Shown here in pieces: positions 38,246 to 51,665 of a DNA stretch of 64,000 bases (the first letter of the stretch is position 1; every line of letters starts with the position of its first letter). The notes under the pieces were generated by a model, which searched no databases, was not told the DNA's origin, and saw nothing but the letters and a program-made list of their open reading frames with translations. The translations under genes were made by a program, and so were the position numbers. This stretch comes from Callorhinchus milii. Lineage: Eukaryota. The stretch spans positions 5,148,001 through 5,212,000 of the forward strand of contig NW_024704742.1 in assembly GCF_018977255.1 (NCBI RefSeq). Direction: 5' to 3'.

Positions 38246-38851
38246 AGTCCCGTTGCACAGTGGTTAGCGTGCTCGTCTCACAAGCAAGAGAGCCCGGGTT
38301 CGATTCCCGGGCGAGGCAAAACCTAAGGCACGTTTCCTTACTCCAGATGCCTGTCTACCACCAGTAAGTAGGGACCCGGTTGTTAATCAATCGGTTGTTA
38401 GTCGGTTTGTGTGTCAGCCTGTTGTAGTGGTTGCACTCTTGCCTCTTTGAGTCAGGAGGTTGTAGGTCAGGACTTGGAATCACATAGTTTAAGCTGACAC
38501 TTCAATGCAATGCTGGGGGGTGTGTTTCATTGTCGGAGGTGCCGTCCTTTGCTTGAGACGTTAAACCGAGGTCCCATCTGCCTGTTCAAGTGGATGTTGC
38601 AGATCCCACGACACTATTCGAAAAGAGAAGGGAGCTTCTCCCGACGTCCTGGCCAACATTCCTCCAAAATAAATTTGGTCGCTCCCTCCGTGACTGTTTG
38701 TGGGACACTGCCGTGTGCAACGGGCTGCCGCGTTTCACCTGTAAAATACACAATCAGTCACTTTGCGGCTTGTGAAGCACTTAGACACGTCTCGAGGACA
38801 ATGTGAAAAGGCACTGTATCGAATGAAAGTATTATTGTTATTATTATTATA
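38246..38851 (+). mobile_element. tRNA-headed SINE 5' part (38246-38400) followed by SacSINE1-like DeuSINE (38415-38851)
   Basis: GGTTCGATTCCCGG B box; then TGTCGGAGGTGCCGTCCTTTGCTTGAGACGTTAAACCGAGGTCCC Deu core and (TTA)n tail. Confidence 0.88.
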
Positions 38852-39894
38852 TAACTGGAGAATTACCTTCTTTTATATTCCAGATGTTCTTCTAAGGCAG
38901 ACCAACATCCCAGTTTCCTATTGATTGATTCAACCCAACCCCCCCATCTCTCTCTCTCTCTCTCTCTCTCACCCCGCCTCTCTCTCTCTCCCCCGCCTCT
39001 CTCTCTGCCCCGCTCTCTCTCCCAACCCTTCTCGCAAGCGCGGGTCATTATCTGCAGCGGCAGGAGCCGGCAGATTGGTTGCTAAGGACACGGTTGGTAA
39101 GAGATGCGCTTGCCTTCCTGACAGACCGCAGTAAAAGCCTCTGCGATTGCGCTGTGTCCTCCCAATCGCTGGCTCCTGCCGCTGCCCTGGGAGGACGTCC
39201 ACCAGAGAGGGAGGGAGGGAGAGGGTTGGAATGTTGGAAATGGTCTCAGGCCGGACGTGGCCATGGCAGCCGAAAGGTTGGAACACCCTGAACCTAGGGC
39301 GTAAATAAATACTGATGGTATCTGTCCTCAAATTATCCCGCAAAACCACGAAACATTGCTCTACTGCTTTGATATTATTGTGAAACTAATGCCCGTTGGA
39401 TTTTGAGCTACCTTCCCCCAGCGTTTTAATACAATGCTCTCTCTTGGTAGGTTCCACTCCCTTGTACAAATTAGTATGTGCCTCAGACTGTAACTCGATG
39501 CTGTTTGTGGCAATGTGCGCTGCGTTGGGAACAAGGTGTTGTAGAAATACAAAGGAAGAGTGGAATTCGATCTGTTTTTTCCAAACAGAGAACCAGGTTC
39601 CCAAAAGAGTTCTGCTTTTCCCCTTGAAAAGTAAAATCGGACTATTTCCTAGCTTGAGGTTTTATGTCTGGTGTGACAACGCCTTTTGTTGGCGTTAATG
39701 AATTGTCCTCGGCTGCCTCCTCCACCACCCTTTTTGCAGTCTCCTCCACCCTTTTTGCAATCAGTGCCAGTGGGGAGGCAGTTTGTTGGAAAAGCTGTTT
39801 ACTTTCTGCATGGCTTAATGGGTAAATTCACTGTACCATACCATATGGATAAGGAAAGTCCCACGTTTAATCCCAGCTCTTGCTCAAGTGTCTG

Positions 39895-40497
39895 AGTCAA
39901 CGCAGATCAGTTGGCAGCACTTTCACCCACTTTCGCAGAAGGTTGTGCTTTCAAATCCCATGTTGTGAATTTGAGCTCGTAATCTCGTCTGACAGTCCAA
40001 TTGAGTACTGGAAAGCACTGCCTTGGCAGAGGTGTCACATGTCCTTTGAGGAGATGTTAAACAGTGTTGCTGTCCATCTATTTTTCAGATGCATGTCAAC
40101 GGATCTTGCGATACTATGCGAAAAGAGAAGGCAGCTTCTTCTGGTGTCCTGACCAACTATTAGTTGAACACAGTGTGGACCTGTTGCACTCTCTATCTAC
40201 AGCTGAGATGTCAAACCGAGATCGCTGAGGATGTTAAAAATAGTAATAATAGTAAAGATTCCATGGAACTATTCAAAAAGAAAAGAGAGTTTCTCTCGGT
40301 GTCCTGGTCAACAATCCACCAGGTAAAGCAAGTCATTCACTTTACGGCTGTTTGTGGGACAATGCTTGTCTGCAAATTGGCTGCCAGGGTCACTTAGGAA
40401 ATAAAAAGTCACTGCACTTTACAGTAAATCCTGTGAAGTGCTTTGAGACAACCATTGGACTTGAAAGCCGCTATACCAAACGCAAGGATTATTATTT
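39895..40497 (+). mobile_element. SacSINE1-like DeuSINE pieces (composite)
   Basis: Head, two partial Deu cores and one tail. Confidence 0.75.
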
Positions 40498-42280
40498 AAG
40501 CGTGCAATGTGTTACGAGGAAGAGAGGATATCAATGAAGGTTGGAGAAAAAAGGTTCTGAACTATTCATCATCAAATGTGTTCAGATCTGCCCAGAAAAA
40601 CAATAGAAAAGCAAAATAAGGTGCAATGCCTCTCATTCAAGACTGACAAGTGAAATCTAAAACTTGTTGTATACTCAAAGCCCAAGGCACAACTCCATGC
40701 TGTTAAGTGGGTCATGGACCTAATACATGGATCAGATGCATTGTACGGTTTGTACCATATGTCTGGTTGTGCATAAGGGCCCGAGGACACTTCTTACATG
40801 GTTCACTATCAAACTCAAGATATTTACAAATTGGGGTTAATGCAAAGTCATAATACTCTCTTGTAGTTTGCAGTCACTCTCTGCTCTCATCTTTCCAGAG
40901 TTCAGGAAAGAAAGGCTTTTTTCTTGTGTATTCCTCTCCTTCAAAAAAAGGCCCGATCTGTATTGAAATAGACATTGACCTTCTTTTGAACTAAGCTTGG
41001 AACAAAAATGTGTGGGTTCCGAGGGTAGGATTCATTCTGTTCACAGACAACAACAAGAACAACAACAACAACTTGCATTTATTCAGCGCCCTTCACGTAA
41101 GGGCGTTACGTCCCAGAGCGCTTGAGCACAGACAAGCTACAAAGAAGAAACTGCTGTCTTGTCGTGCTAATTTCTAGGATACGATTTATTCTGCGTAATG
41201 ACCTGGGGATCTGGCTTTTATATCATTTGCAACCCGTACGGATTATGTACACATTTGACTGTTTTTAAATGAACATCAATGCAAGACTCAGAAAAAGGTC
41301 TTGAATATTTGGAGAGAATATATTCGGAGCCGACAAGTCCTGCTAATAGTGGCAATCAAGCAATATGTAAAGCGCTCTGAGACGCCGTCCGGCGTGGAGG
41401 GCGCTATATAAATCCAAGTTGTTGTTGTTGTTGTTGTTGTTATGACCATTACTTCCTCGCTTAAGTAAGGCAGCATCATTTCAGGAGTAAAATAGCACTC
41501 CCATTGGCAAATAAATGGCCCAAATTAGAGCCATTTCTCTGTGCGACTTGTGGTGGCATTTTTAACACAGTCAGATATGAGACTCTTAAAAAGTTCCAAC
41601 GCTTTTTAAAAGATTTTTGTCAGAGCGCTAAGTACAGTATTTACAGAGCGCATGAGAGTTGCCAACTGGGAGGTGGAGATAATTAAGCAGCCAGTGTTGT
41701 CAAGGTGAGGCTGTCAAACACTTTGCTCATAAAACAGAGGGTGCTATTGTGACTGTGGTGACTAATTTACTATCCTTCCTTGGTTTCCATAAAAACCAAA
41801 GATAAAAGCAATACGAAGCACCGTGGATCAAGTTCACAGCAGAGGAGATGCTTTGTTTGCGGTGCTATCAGGGAGTGTTCAGAGCAAGCCGCGGCAGAAG
41901 CTTGCCATGTTGTTCACGGAGGGGGAGCTGTGCAGTTTTAGCGAGTTAGACTTCACCCCAGTGCACGTCCGCAAGTCTTCGCTCTGCATCCAATGTGTTC
42001 CAAGGTTAGGTGATTAGGGAGCATCCTCTCTGGGAGAAAGTCACAACGCTTTCCAGACAAATGGAGATTTCCAAGCACACGCGGAACTCGTGGCAGCTTG
42101 GTTCGGATACTCATGGTGAAGAGTTTCCATATGTGTCAGACACCTGGCTCAGCAAAAGCAAATCCCAGCCAAGGAGCACTGAAGTCGATTGATGTCGATT
42201 CCACTGCCCTCCACCCCTTCCGACCCCAACTCCCAGCTCGGGTCCAAAATCCCCTGACTGTAATTTGTTGTTGTTTTGTC

Positions 42281-42612
42281 AGTCTGGCTCAATTGATAGC
42301 ACTCTTGCCTTTGAGTCAGAAGGTTGTGAGTTCAAGCCCCACGTCAGGACTAAACCTAGGCCCCAGCTACTGAGGTGAACATTAAATATCCCACAGGACT
42401 ATTGGAAAATAGAAGCCAGTTTCTCACTGTGTCCCCAAATAAAATTGGTCATTCACTTCATAGCTGATTGCAGGACTTCGCTGTGTGCAAATTGGCTGTC
42501 ATGTTTCCACGAACGAAACAGTTATGGCACATTACAGTATCCTGTGAAGTGCTTTGAGCCGCCCTCCCAATGTGAAAGGCGCTTTACCAAATGTAAGGAT
42601 TTATTATTATTA
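42281..42612 (+). mobile_element. SacSINE1-like DeuSINE with internal deletion
   Basis: GGCTCAATTGATAGCACTCTTGCCTTTGAGTCAGAAGGTTGTGAGTTCAAGCCCC head, core and tail. Confidence 0.85.
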
Positions 42613-42932
42613 CTATCATTGCCCAGACAAGATCAGATAAGCTTAACAGAATTCATGGAAAACCTGAGCTGCCTATGCTTTTAGCAAAGAGAGACGGGTT
42701 GGGAATAAAATAAAACATTCCTATACTGAGGTCTTTTACACTGTTACGCCTATAGTGATCTGTTCACTGCAACTATAATCCATTATTAAAATTCAGTGGA
42801 AAACATTATCACTGTCACTGCAAGCAGAATAAAGTGGACCCTATTGTGTTCGGGGCATTAAAAAACTAAGTATTAGTCTCTACATCACCTCATTGATCTA
42901 TCATTGAGCTAACATTGGCAAAACAGTCATTT

Positions 42933-43380
42933 ATAATTCTTGCATTTGATATAGTGCCTTATCACGTCGTTGAGACATCTCAAAGTGCTTCATGGAATAT
43001 ACTGTAAAGTGTAGTAACTGTGTGTATTGCAGGTGAAACGCGGCAGTCAAATGCGCACAGCAATGTCCCACAAACAGTCATGGATTGAGTGATGAAATTA
43101 TTATTATGATTTACTTAGTGAGCGAGTGAAAGAGCGAGGGAGGGAGTAAAAGAGTGAGTGAGGGAGTAATAATAATAATCCTTGCATTTGATATAGCGCT
43201 TTCTCACATCTAGGGAGACATCTCAAAGCACTTCACTAATACACTGTAAAGTGTACTGACTGTGTATTTTGTGGGCAGCCAATTGTGTACAGCAGTGTCC
43301 CACAAACAGTGGTGGATTGAGTGACCAAATTCTAATTTTTTTTTAAGGCGATTATTACTCCTCGAAAGCCATCCGCCAAT
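42933..43380 (-). mobile_element. Two tandem antisense SINE 3' halves
   Basis: Two CTTGCATTTGATATAG...CCCACAAACAG blocks at ~42933-43107 and ~43167-43380. Confidence 0.88.
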
Positions 43381-43891
43381 CACCAGTAGGTATGAATCCA
43401 AGCTCAGTAGCTCAGTATGAGTACTTAGTGTGAGTACTGGTTGCCAATAAGGTGCACAAGTTGAAAACCTTGGTGCAAAAAGACAGAATTTCAGGGTTGG
43501 ACATGATAAGAGAAAAATTGCCTGTCTAAAATTGTATGTCAATTGCAATGTAGGCATCAACCTAATGCAGGCACACATCAATCGTCTCTTTACAATAAAA
43601 GCGTCAATCTCTAAGAGTTCAGTGAATCATTTTAGAATTTCTCCCAAACCCATCACCAATCAATCAGGCGCAGGCTTGAAAAACGTTTGATTTACCTGGG
43701 ATGTATGATGTTAGAGCTGTTATAATTCAATTTGTAACCACATTTGAACTAATAAGTTAATGGCACATAACTCTTTCTGAGGTGTGATGCTTAGAATACA
43801 AAATGAAGGCATTAGCCAACATTTCAAGGCCTGAAATCCCTTCATGAAGTTAGTGGCGGGATTGACAGAATTTGAAGGTTCCACTCAAGAA

Positions 43892-44080
43892 ACTAGGACA
43901 TGAGTTGCAGGGTTCTGGATGATCTGCAGCTTGTGGAGGGAAAAGTTGGCAAGACCGACAAGCAGGGAGTTGGCGTAGTCAAGCCTAGATGTGATGAAGC
44001 GTGGATGAGGGTTTTGTCAGCCTGAGAGGTGAGGCAGTGGTGGATCTCGGTGATGTTGCGGAGGTGGGGGAAGGCAGGCC
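43892..44080 (-). mobile_element. L2 LINE fragment
   Basis: rc encodes FPHLRNITEIHHCLTSQADKTLIHA, then LQIIQNPATHVL-like. Confidence 0.8.
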
Positions 44081-46944
44081 GGTCAGGAACAGACACTTCT
44101 GGAACATATGTACTGGAACAGATGTCTGCTTTTCTCAGGGAGTCCCACCTCATCTTTACTGAGACCGTATCAAATGTGAGGATCATTATAGTAACCTCCA
44201 ACTAATCTGTCAGAGCCCTGGTGATTGAAATGGTTTTTGTTTTCTCCAAATACTCCTTTGCTCTCTCCCAGAGCTCAAAGCAATGGCGCTTTCCTCCCAA
44301 AACGAGAGACAGATCGCTGTTTTCAACAACGAAACTCAAGATAGTCAGGCGTGCGTTGAAGAGGTAAGGTCCATTAGGTAAGGTCTCTGGCTGGCACGGA
44401 CGTAGCTGTGATGTGCATCACTGCATTCTTGGCAGAGGTCGGCGGGAACACCAGCTACAACCTGAATCTGAACAACATATATATAAAAAAATGCATTCGA
44501 TACAGTGCCTGTCACTTCAGGAGGAAGTCACCAAATGCTTCACAGGAATTACTGTCAATTGCAGCGACCGTGTACGTATTTCATAAGCAAATGCGGCAAA
44601 CAATTTCATAGAATCCCAGAAATTTACAGCATGAAAAGAGGCAATTTGTCACATCACCAACTCTCAGTGCAAACTGTACTTTCAATCCCATCGCCCTGCC
44701 CGAGCTTCCAATTCCTTCAAACCTTTCTTTCTCCACTTCTGTCCTGAAGGTAATGGTCACCGCAGCAATGGATGGTGATTATACTCCAGCATCCTTAGCC
44801 AATGTCTGCTCTTTGTCTGTGAGTGAGCTCATACAGTAGACTGTGCTTTGTTATAAATAATGTTATAATTGTTATTAAAAAGCAATCCTTGTGTTTGATA
44901 TAGCGCTTTTCACGTCTTCGAGACATCTCAAAGCGCTTCACTGAGTATACTGTAAAATGAATTTTTTGCACACGTATCGTCCAACAAACAATCACGAGAT
45001 CAAGAATCAATTATATCTGGGGAACTGTTGGCCAGGAGATCTGGGCGAAATTCTTTTCTCTTTTCGAACAGCGTCATGAGGTGGCTTCGTTTAACATCTC
45101 TTCTGAAATCTGACATCTCTAACCAGATAGGATTGGAATTTCAACTGAGACGATGAGCTCAAGATGCGCTGAATCTACGCATTTCTGATGGGAGTGGTCA
45201 CAGAGCTACCACCTGAGCCAAGCTGACACCTCATGTATATTGACAGCTTATTTAAGTGAGAAATATCAGTGTCTCGTCTGGTACTGATCGCGACTGACAG
45301 CCCAACCCAGGACCTCCCCCCAATTTAGGGATGGGTGGGGGGTGGGAACAGTAAATCACTTGATAATTATCAGGAAGGGAGAACAGATGCTGAGCTGATT
45401 GTTTTAACTGTTTTCTGGACCAGAGTCGCTGACTAATGCCAACCGTAGTACCCTTGCCGCTGAGATCAGCAACACTCAAGGGGATCAAAGGTGGAATCTT
45501 CCCAGTTCGTGTGGCTCAACTCCATCCACGCTGGTCAGCGAATTTACCAGCTGAGAAATTGGGGGGAAACTTCACCGTATGAACATTCTTTAATAATTCC
45601 CTGCGGTAGAGCTGGAAGATTCGCAGTCCGCAGCAAGTCAAAACAAGAATCACCAGAGGTAACACAGCGCAGTAACATAGCACGAGTGTACACTGTGGAG
45701 CCTGGTGTTCGACAGCATTCACTTTTGAGGAGGGGTTGGGTGGGAGTTGCACATGTCAGAGCTCTTGCCAGATTTATCAGAAATTCCTGTGGTGTTTTAT
45801 CAGAAATCTCTTTGTTCTCAGAACAACCGCTTGAAAACAAAACAAAGCAGAATAAAACACCCACCCGCCCCACCCCACCCCCATCAGAGATTCTCCCTGT
45901 CTGATTCAGCTAATCTGCTCGAAGAAAAACCACAAGCATACGATTAACATGGCTAAGATCATGTTTGTTTCATTTCTGATCGCGGGTGGGAATGATACAG
46001 TGAGCTGTGAAGGATCCAGAGTTGTGTGTGGGTCAGCAGCACCTTGGGACACCACGCTGAGGGTGAAAGGCGCTATACAAATGTAATTTGTCGTCGGCAG
46101 GGCGAAATGTTGGGCGAGTTTCCTTACTCCACGTACCTCTGTTTAACTAGCACTGAGTAGGAACCCGGTTGTTAGCCAATCGCTCTTTCCCGGGAGGTAA
46201 TAATTGCTTCAACACAAATAAAAATAATTTGGTGACTCGATCCATGACTGCTTGGCTGCTGGGTTTCGCCCACAAAACATACAGTCAATCACTTTGCAGT
46301 ATGTTCTCCGAAGGCGCTTTGAGATGTCTCAAAGACGTGGTAAGGCGCTAGATCGAATGCAAGGATTATTTTTAAGCTTGGCAGATATTCCAGCCTCACC
46401 AGACTGAGAAACTAATGTGCTTCTGTGAATTATTTGACCGCTGAGAGTAAATCTTTTAGCTGAGAGTAAATCTTTTAGCCTCCGTGGATCAATGAGTGAG
46501 GCATTGTTTGATCCACACCCTCACTCACCCTTCTTTGCTTCCTGCTCGGAGATTCACAACCATCTTGAGAAGCGCTTTGAGACATCCATTCTACGTGGAA
46601 ACATTTGTATAAACCCAAGTTGATAGACTTTTCATTCACCTGCTGTGTTTCCTGATCAGAGGCTTTGATATTTACACTTTTGAAGGTAAGAGGATTAGGA
46701 GAACTCCTGCTGCTGGCATGATGATGCTGATATAATACCTGTCAGGACACCTGAGGATCAGGAGACTGGTTTGGCCTTTTATTCTGGTTTCTCTACCATT
46801 ATTGTCTCAATAACCCTGTACATGCACAAAGCCACTCGCAAGATCACAAAAGAGGTTCAGATGATGAAGTCCATTTGATCTCATCCTTCCATGCAATTCC
46901 ACTCAAACATTCTTCCATCACAGCATGAAACTGCTTTTATCCTG

Positions 46945-47140
46945 GCCTCAAACAAGGTAAGGAGAGGGGTAGGGATGAGGTCGAGGGAGCAGGTGGTGGG
47001 TTTCAGATGGGTTATAATAGTGGTGAGAGAGGAGAGGGGAGACAGATTTGAAGGTGTGGAGGGAGGGGTAGGGGCCGGAGTGTGAGAGGGAATGTGGGGA
47101 GGGGGTAGCAGCTGGAAGGGCAGAGGAAGCTGAGCGGATC
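46945..47140 (-). mobile_element. L2 LINE fragment
   Basis: rc encodes KPTTCSLDLIPTPLL-like L2 motif. Confidence 0.75.
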
Positions 47141-47981
47141 ACCTCGGTACGATGTCAGTACCAGCATTTAGCAGCACTTTTTGGCATTAAAAAAAACCGC
47201 AGCTGATAAAAGTCATCAAATGCTGGTACCAGGATTGTAATTACACTTAGCCAGAAATTCCAGCTCGTTGGTCCGGGGAGCTGGGGGCTCAGTGTATATT
47301 TTAGGTTTGATCTCCAGAGTATTTGATAAACTCATCAGCTGTTCTTGAAACCACACCTGACTGATATTCATAGGTCAACTATTGCGATTCCTGCAGTCAC
47401 TAGTTTTAGTGAGTTTTCTAATGCGGAAACAACAACTTGCAGTTAAATAGGGCCCTTCACACAGGACAGCATCTCAGAGCGCTTAACAAGCGGAGCGTAA
47501 ACAGAGGTATAATGCTGAGAGATGGTGCTGATGTTTGATTTTCTTGTGTTCAGTGCTCTGTTCAGCTTCCCTAACCCTGAGAAACCACTGGAGGAATGTT
47601 GGAACTCAGCGCATGAAAATAAGACCAATTGAGGTGATCAAAGGGCAGGATGGGAGCCTTTTATGGTATTCGCCTACAAATATACAGTCACTAAACTTTA
47701 CAATTAAATCTTTCGAGAGCTTTGACACATTCAATGATATGATAAGGCGCCATATGAAATGTAAGGATTATTATTATTGTGTAGGTGAGAAGAATCCTTG
47801 CATTTTTTTATATATAGATGCATCGAAAGGTAAATTTGAATTTTTTTTCCTGGTATATGAACTTCCAGCTCATGACAATTTAATAGGGGGAACAAGTAAT
47901 TTGGCATTAAGGATGCAGCAACCAACCTCTCCCCCAGAGGAATTTGGTAAATGTATATACTGTACACATATATATATATAT

Positions 47982-48178
47982 AGTGGAGTCCTGCAAAAAC
48001 AGTGTTTTTGGTTAGTGGTTAAAGCACTCGCCTCATAAGAGAGAGGACCTGGGTTCGATTCCCAGCCACAAAATGCCCACAAACTATACCGTCAATTCAC
48101 TTTACAGTATATTCTGTGAAGCGCTTTGAGACGTCTCGATGACGTAATAAGGCGCTATGTCAAATGGAAGGATTATTA
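47982..48178 (+). mobile_element. tRNA-headed SINE with internal deletion
   Basis: GTGGAGTCCTG head, GGGTTCGATTCCC, joined directly to the 3' region and tail. Confidence 0.85.
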
Positions 48179-50949
48179 CATTACATGGACTCTATACACT
48201 TACTCCCTAAATTACACGACTGTTGCAATTTTGTGGTCACAATGCAGTGTGTGGAATTTTACCCCGTTTTTGCTCCAGATTAAAGCCCAGCTGTACAAAT
48301 GCCAGAGCAACTCACTGCCTTTGCTTAATTTTGCTGCCTCTTGGTGTTGCGAGGATACAGAGAGAAATCATGCATAATTTTCTCTCAGGAGACGAAACAC
48401 AAGTACGGTGTACATGTTGGGGCAGATTGCCCCTCGTTGTGGAATGGATTGGGTTTGAACACTTGAATGTACCTTTCACGCCCACATGTTTCTACATTTT
48501 TAAACTGATGCCTTCCGTAACGCTATCTCAAGTGAAATCGTTAAGATTAGAACCAAATCGAAAATAACTCCGTCTCGTTCCACACACGTGGGATAAAAAT
48601 TGCAAGTGAGAAACTTCTCATTTAATTTTCAGGAGTTCCCATTGTGTGTGAAAAAAAAATCTTTACTCATTTGTTAAAATACTCTCAAACTGTGCAGTCC
48701 TGTAGCATTCTTATAATAATACATAATAATAATTATTCTTATTTATTCTTATTACAATAACATTATTCATATTCCAGCATTTAAAAGGCCTGTGTTCAAT
48801 GCCTTTCTTCCGTGCTTAATCTACTGCTGAACTTTGTTAAAAAAAACTAAAAACAGACGTTCTTTGTGACGGTTAAAGCCGCATAACTGAGAGTCTGGTG
48901 TTACTGACGAACTTCAGTGCAGTCACATGCCACCCACTGTTATTTTTAGATGTTCCACTTATAAACATCGGGGAGAAAATGTGTTTGGACACTAATACAT
49001 GAGGAGCACACCTTTGGGTTAAAGGTTTGAAGCTGCTATGTACTCTCTCGATAGCAGAGGGAATGACAAGCACCATCAAATAACTTCACTTGGGCTTCAG
49101 TCAACCATTAGCATTCTTGTGTTACTGGAACTGAAACAAGAACAAAAGGCAACTTGAAAACCCAATGGAGACTTAGCCAGTTTGGCTGAGACAGTTTTAT
49201 AACTAACAAAAAACCATTGTTTTTCTGAACACACACAGACACGCTTCAAAATTGATTCCAGTAACTGAAATCAAGAGAACCATCCGTTTTTAAGATGGTT
49301 AAAAAAATCTTAAATGAGCTCTGGGGTCCTATTCTGCTTATTATTTCTGCTTGAGGGGGAAGCTTTGTGCCCAAAGCTTTTATGCAGCGAAATAACGTGA
49401 AATTTACTATTTCATGCTAATTTAGCCAATGGAATGTCATTCAGTGAGCGAGTAAGTGAGTGAATGAACGAGTGAGCGAGTGCCTTCAACATGAAATAAG
49501 ATACAACTATTGCTGTCTGTGTGTCAAGTTGGAAAGATTGAAAGGGTTAAGCATAAAGCGAGCGTAGGCTGAGGACCTGTCACTTTGTATAAAAAGGACC
49601 AGTCTTTTACACAGCGCAGACAATGTGAAATGCCTCATTTAATCTGAGCTCAGTACTTGAGAAACTTCACACCTGTGGTTAATTGGGCTGGAGCTGTTAG
49701 AGAGCGATCAGGCTGTTATTGTGACTTCTGCTTTGATCAAGGGTTGAATTTGCTCTTTCTAGAATAAAGGTCGTCCATCTTCCCACAGAGCGGTGCCTCA
49801 GAGGGGCTGCTCTCTGTTCCCAGTGTGTACGAGAGGGTCTAACCTAATCTAGTTGCATTGTAAATGCCTGTTGCTTGAGCGTTTGATCTGTTTGCAGCAA
49901 TGAGGATCCCGGTTGATGTTTATTGGGCTCGGACGATAAATACGTCCTGGTCAGGTCAGGCTCGCAGGTTCCCAAGTGTGGGAATATCCATGACTACTCA
50001 CAACGACGTGTGTTCTGGTTATCACTGTACGATTGCTTCACGACTGTTTGACTATCATTCTGCAAATAATACACCTTCAGTACGGCCCAGAATCTCGCTG
50101 TGTTTATTTTAGCCAGAATATAGATTTGAGAGGGAAAATTCAAATAACACATTAGGGTACACCGTGTTTGTGGACAATATTATAAGCAAATTGGCTGTTA
50201 CATTTACCTACATAATAATGGTACTTACATTTGATATAGGGTCTTTCGTGTCAAGATCTCACCATAAATCACAGGTTTTACTGTAAACTGTACTGACTGT
50301 ATATTTTATAACACTTTATAGGATTGCAGATTGGAAGATTCTTCTCTCTTTTCAAATAATGCTATAGGATCTAATTGTGGTTTTCACTACCTTTATCTTC
50401 GTTGAATAAAACCAGTAGTTGTTTTTAATCTGAAAACTACTGATATGTGCCATAATATACTTCTTCATGAAAGACTCCAATAGTATAGGGAAGACACTCA
50501 TATCCGATAAAAGATTACTGTGTACAATGTTTTATTGTTAGCCCTTTGGTCATGTTCACGTCTGTGAGACTGACAAGAACGTCAGTGTTTTGGATCATAG
50601 ATGATGGACGTGAAAGACAGAACCCACTTAGGGAAACTCCTGTGCCTCACGATTCAAAAATCTGAAACGTCAACACCGTTTAATATTAGCCAGATAATTC
50701 TGTGACTCGCTCAGATAATCCCTGAACCTGGTTAATGAGAGTTGTGCAGAGGCAGAACACAGGAACCCAAGCGCAAAGGCTGATCTTTAATTTACTGGCA
50801 AAAGTGCCAAATTATTGTCTTTGGGGCAAAGTGACCTCCGAAGTTCAGTAATGCATGAAAACAATTATAACACTCTACTAATCACTCCTACGTGCCTTAC
50901 AGCAATACTTTAGTAACAATGCCTCAACACTGAAAAGCTGTTTGCTCTT

Positions 50950-51277
50950 ATAATAATAATAATAATAATCCTTGCATTTGATATAGCGCTTTTCACGTCG
51001 GAAGGACGTCCCAAAGCGCTTCACAGAATATACTGTAAAGTGAATTGACTGTATATCTGTGGGCAAACGCGGCAGCCAATTGCGCACAGCAATGTCCCAC
51101 AAACAGTCGTAGATTGAAAATGACCAATTTATTATTGTTTTGGGTTTTGGAGGGATTATTATTAGGCTCTGTGTGGAGTAAGGAAACTTGCCCAAGGTTT
51201 CGCCCTCTGCCTGGAATTGAACTCAGGTCTCTCACTTGCAAAGCGAGTGCTCTAACCACTGAGCTACAGGACTCCAC
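50950..51277 (-). mobile_element. Young full-length tRNA-headed SINE
   Basis: Near-identical to 12587-12909 and 58190-58518. Confidence 0.95.
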
Positions 51278-51665
51278 TTATTTTAATTATTTTTATTTTA
51301 AAGAAACAAGTGACCTGGCTCACGGACACTGGGGCACCTCTTGGTGTAAAATACCCGGGAAGAAGCAGAAAAATACCTGCTAAGTGGATTCTCTATTGTG
51401 GGACCTGATCTTATTCAATGTTACACTGTTGACAAAAGAAACACAGTCCCTGTTTCCATTTCTTCTTGACACCTTCATTTTTAAAAGAATTCATAACATT
51501 TGCATCTGATTTCGTTCCCGTGACCGAGAAGCGCCTCAAAGTATTTTACAAAGTTCCTGTGAAATGTAGTGACTGTTTCTTTATGGGCGCACATGGAAGC
51601 CAATTTGCACGCAACTGTGACCCACTAACCAACCGTATGTAAAATATCCTTGGATTTGCATTTTA

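Noticed and set aside
46440..46479. 19-bp tandem duplication GCTGAGAGTAAATCTTTTA
   Set aside because: Simple two-copy local duplication with no further structure.
46719..46755. ATGATGA...CTGA C/D-box-like pair (similar at ~59538)
   Set aside because: Spacing far too short for a C/D snoRNA, and no terminal stem or guide complementarity seen.
50878..51383. Recurrent ORFs such as MESCSSVVRALALQVRDL... and ...KRYIKCKDYYYY found at many loci
   Set aside because: Translations of the multi-copy non-coding SINE, not a gene family.
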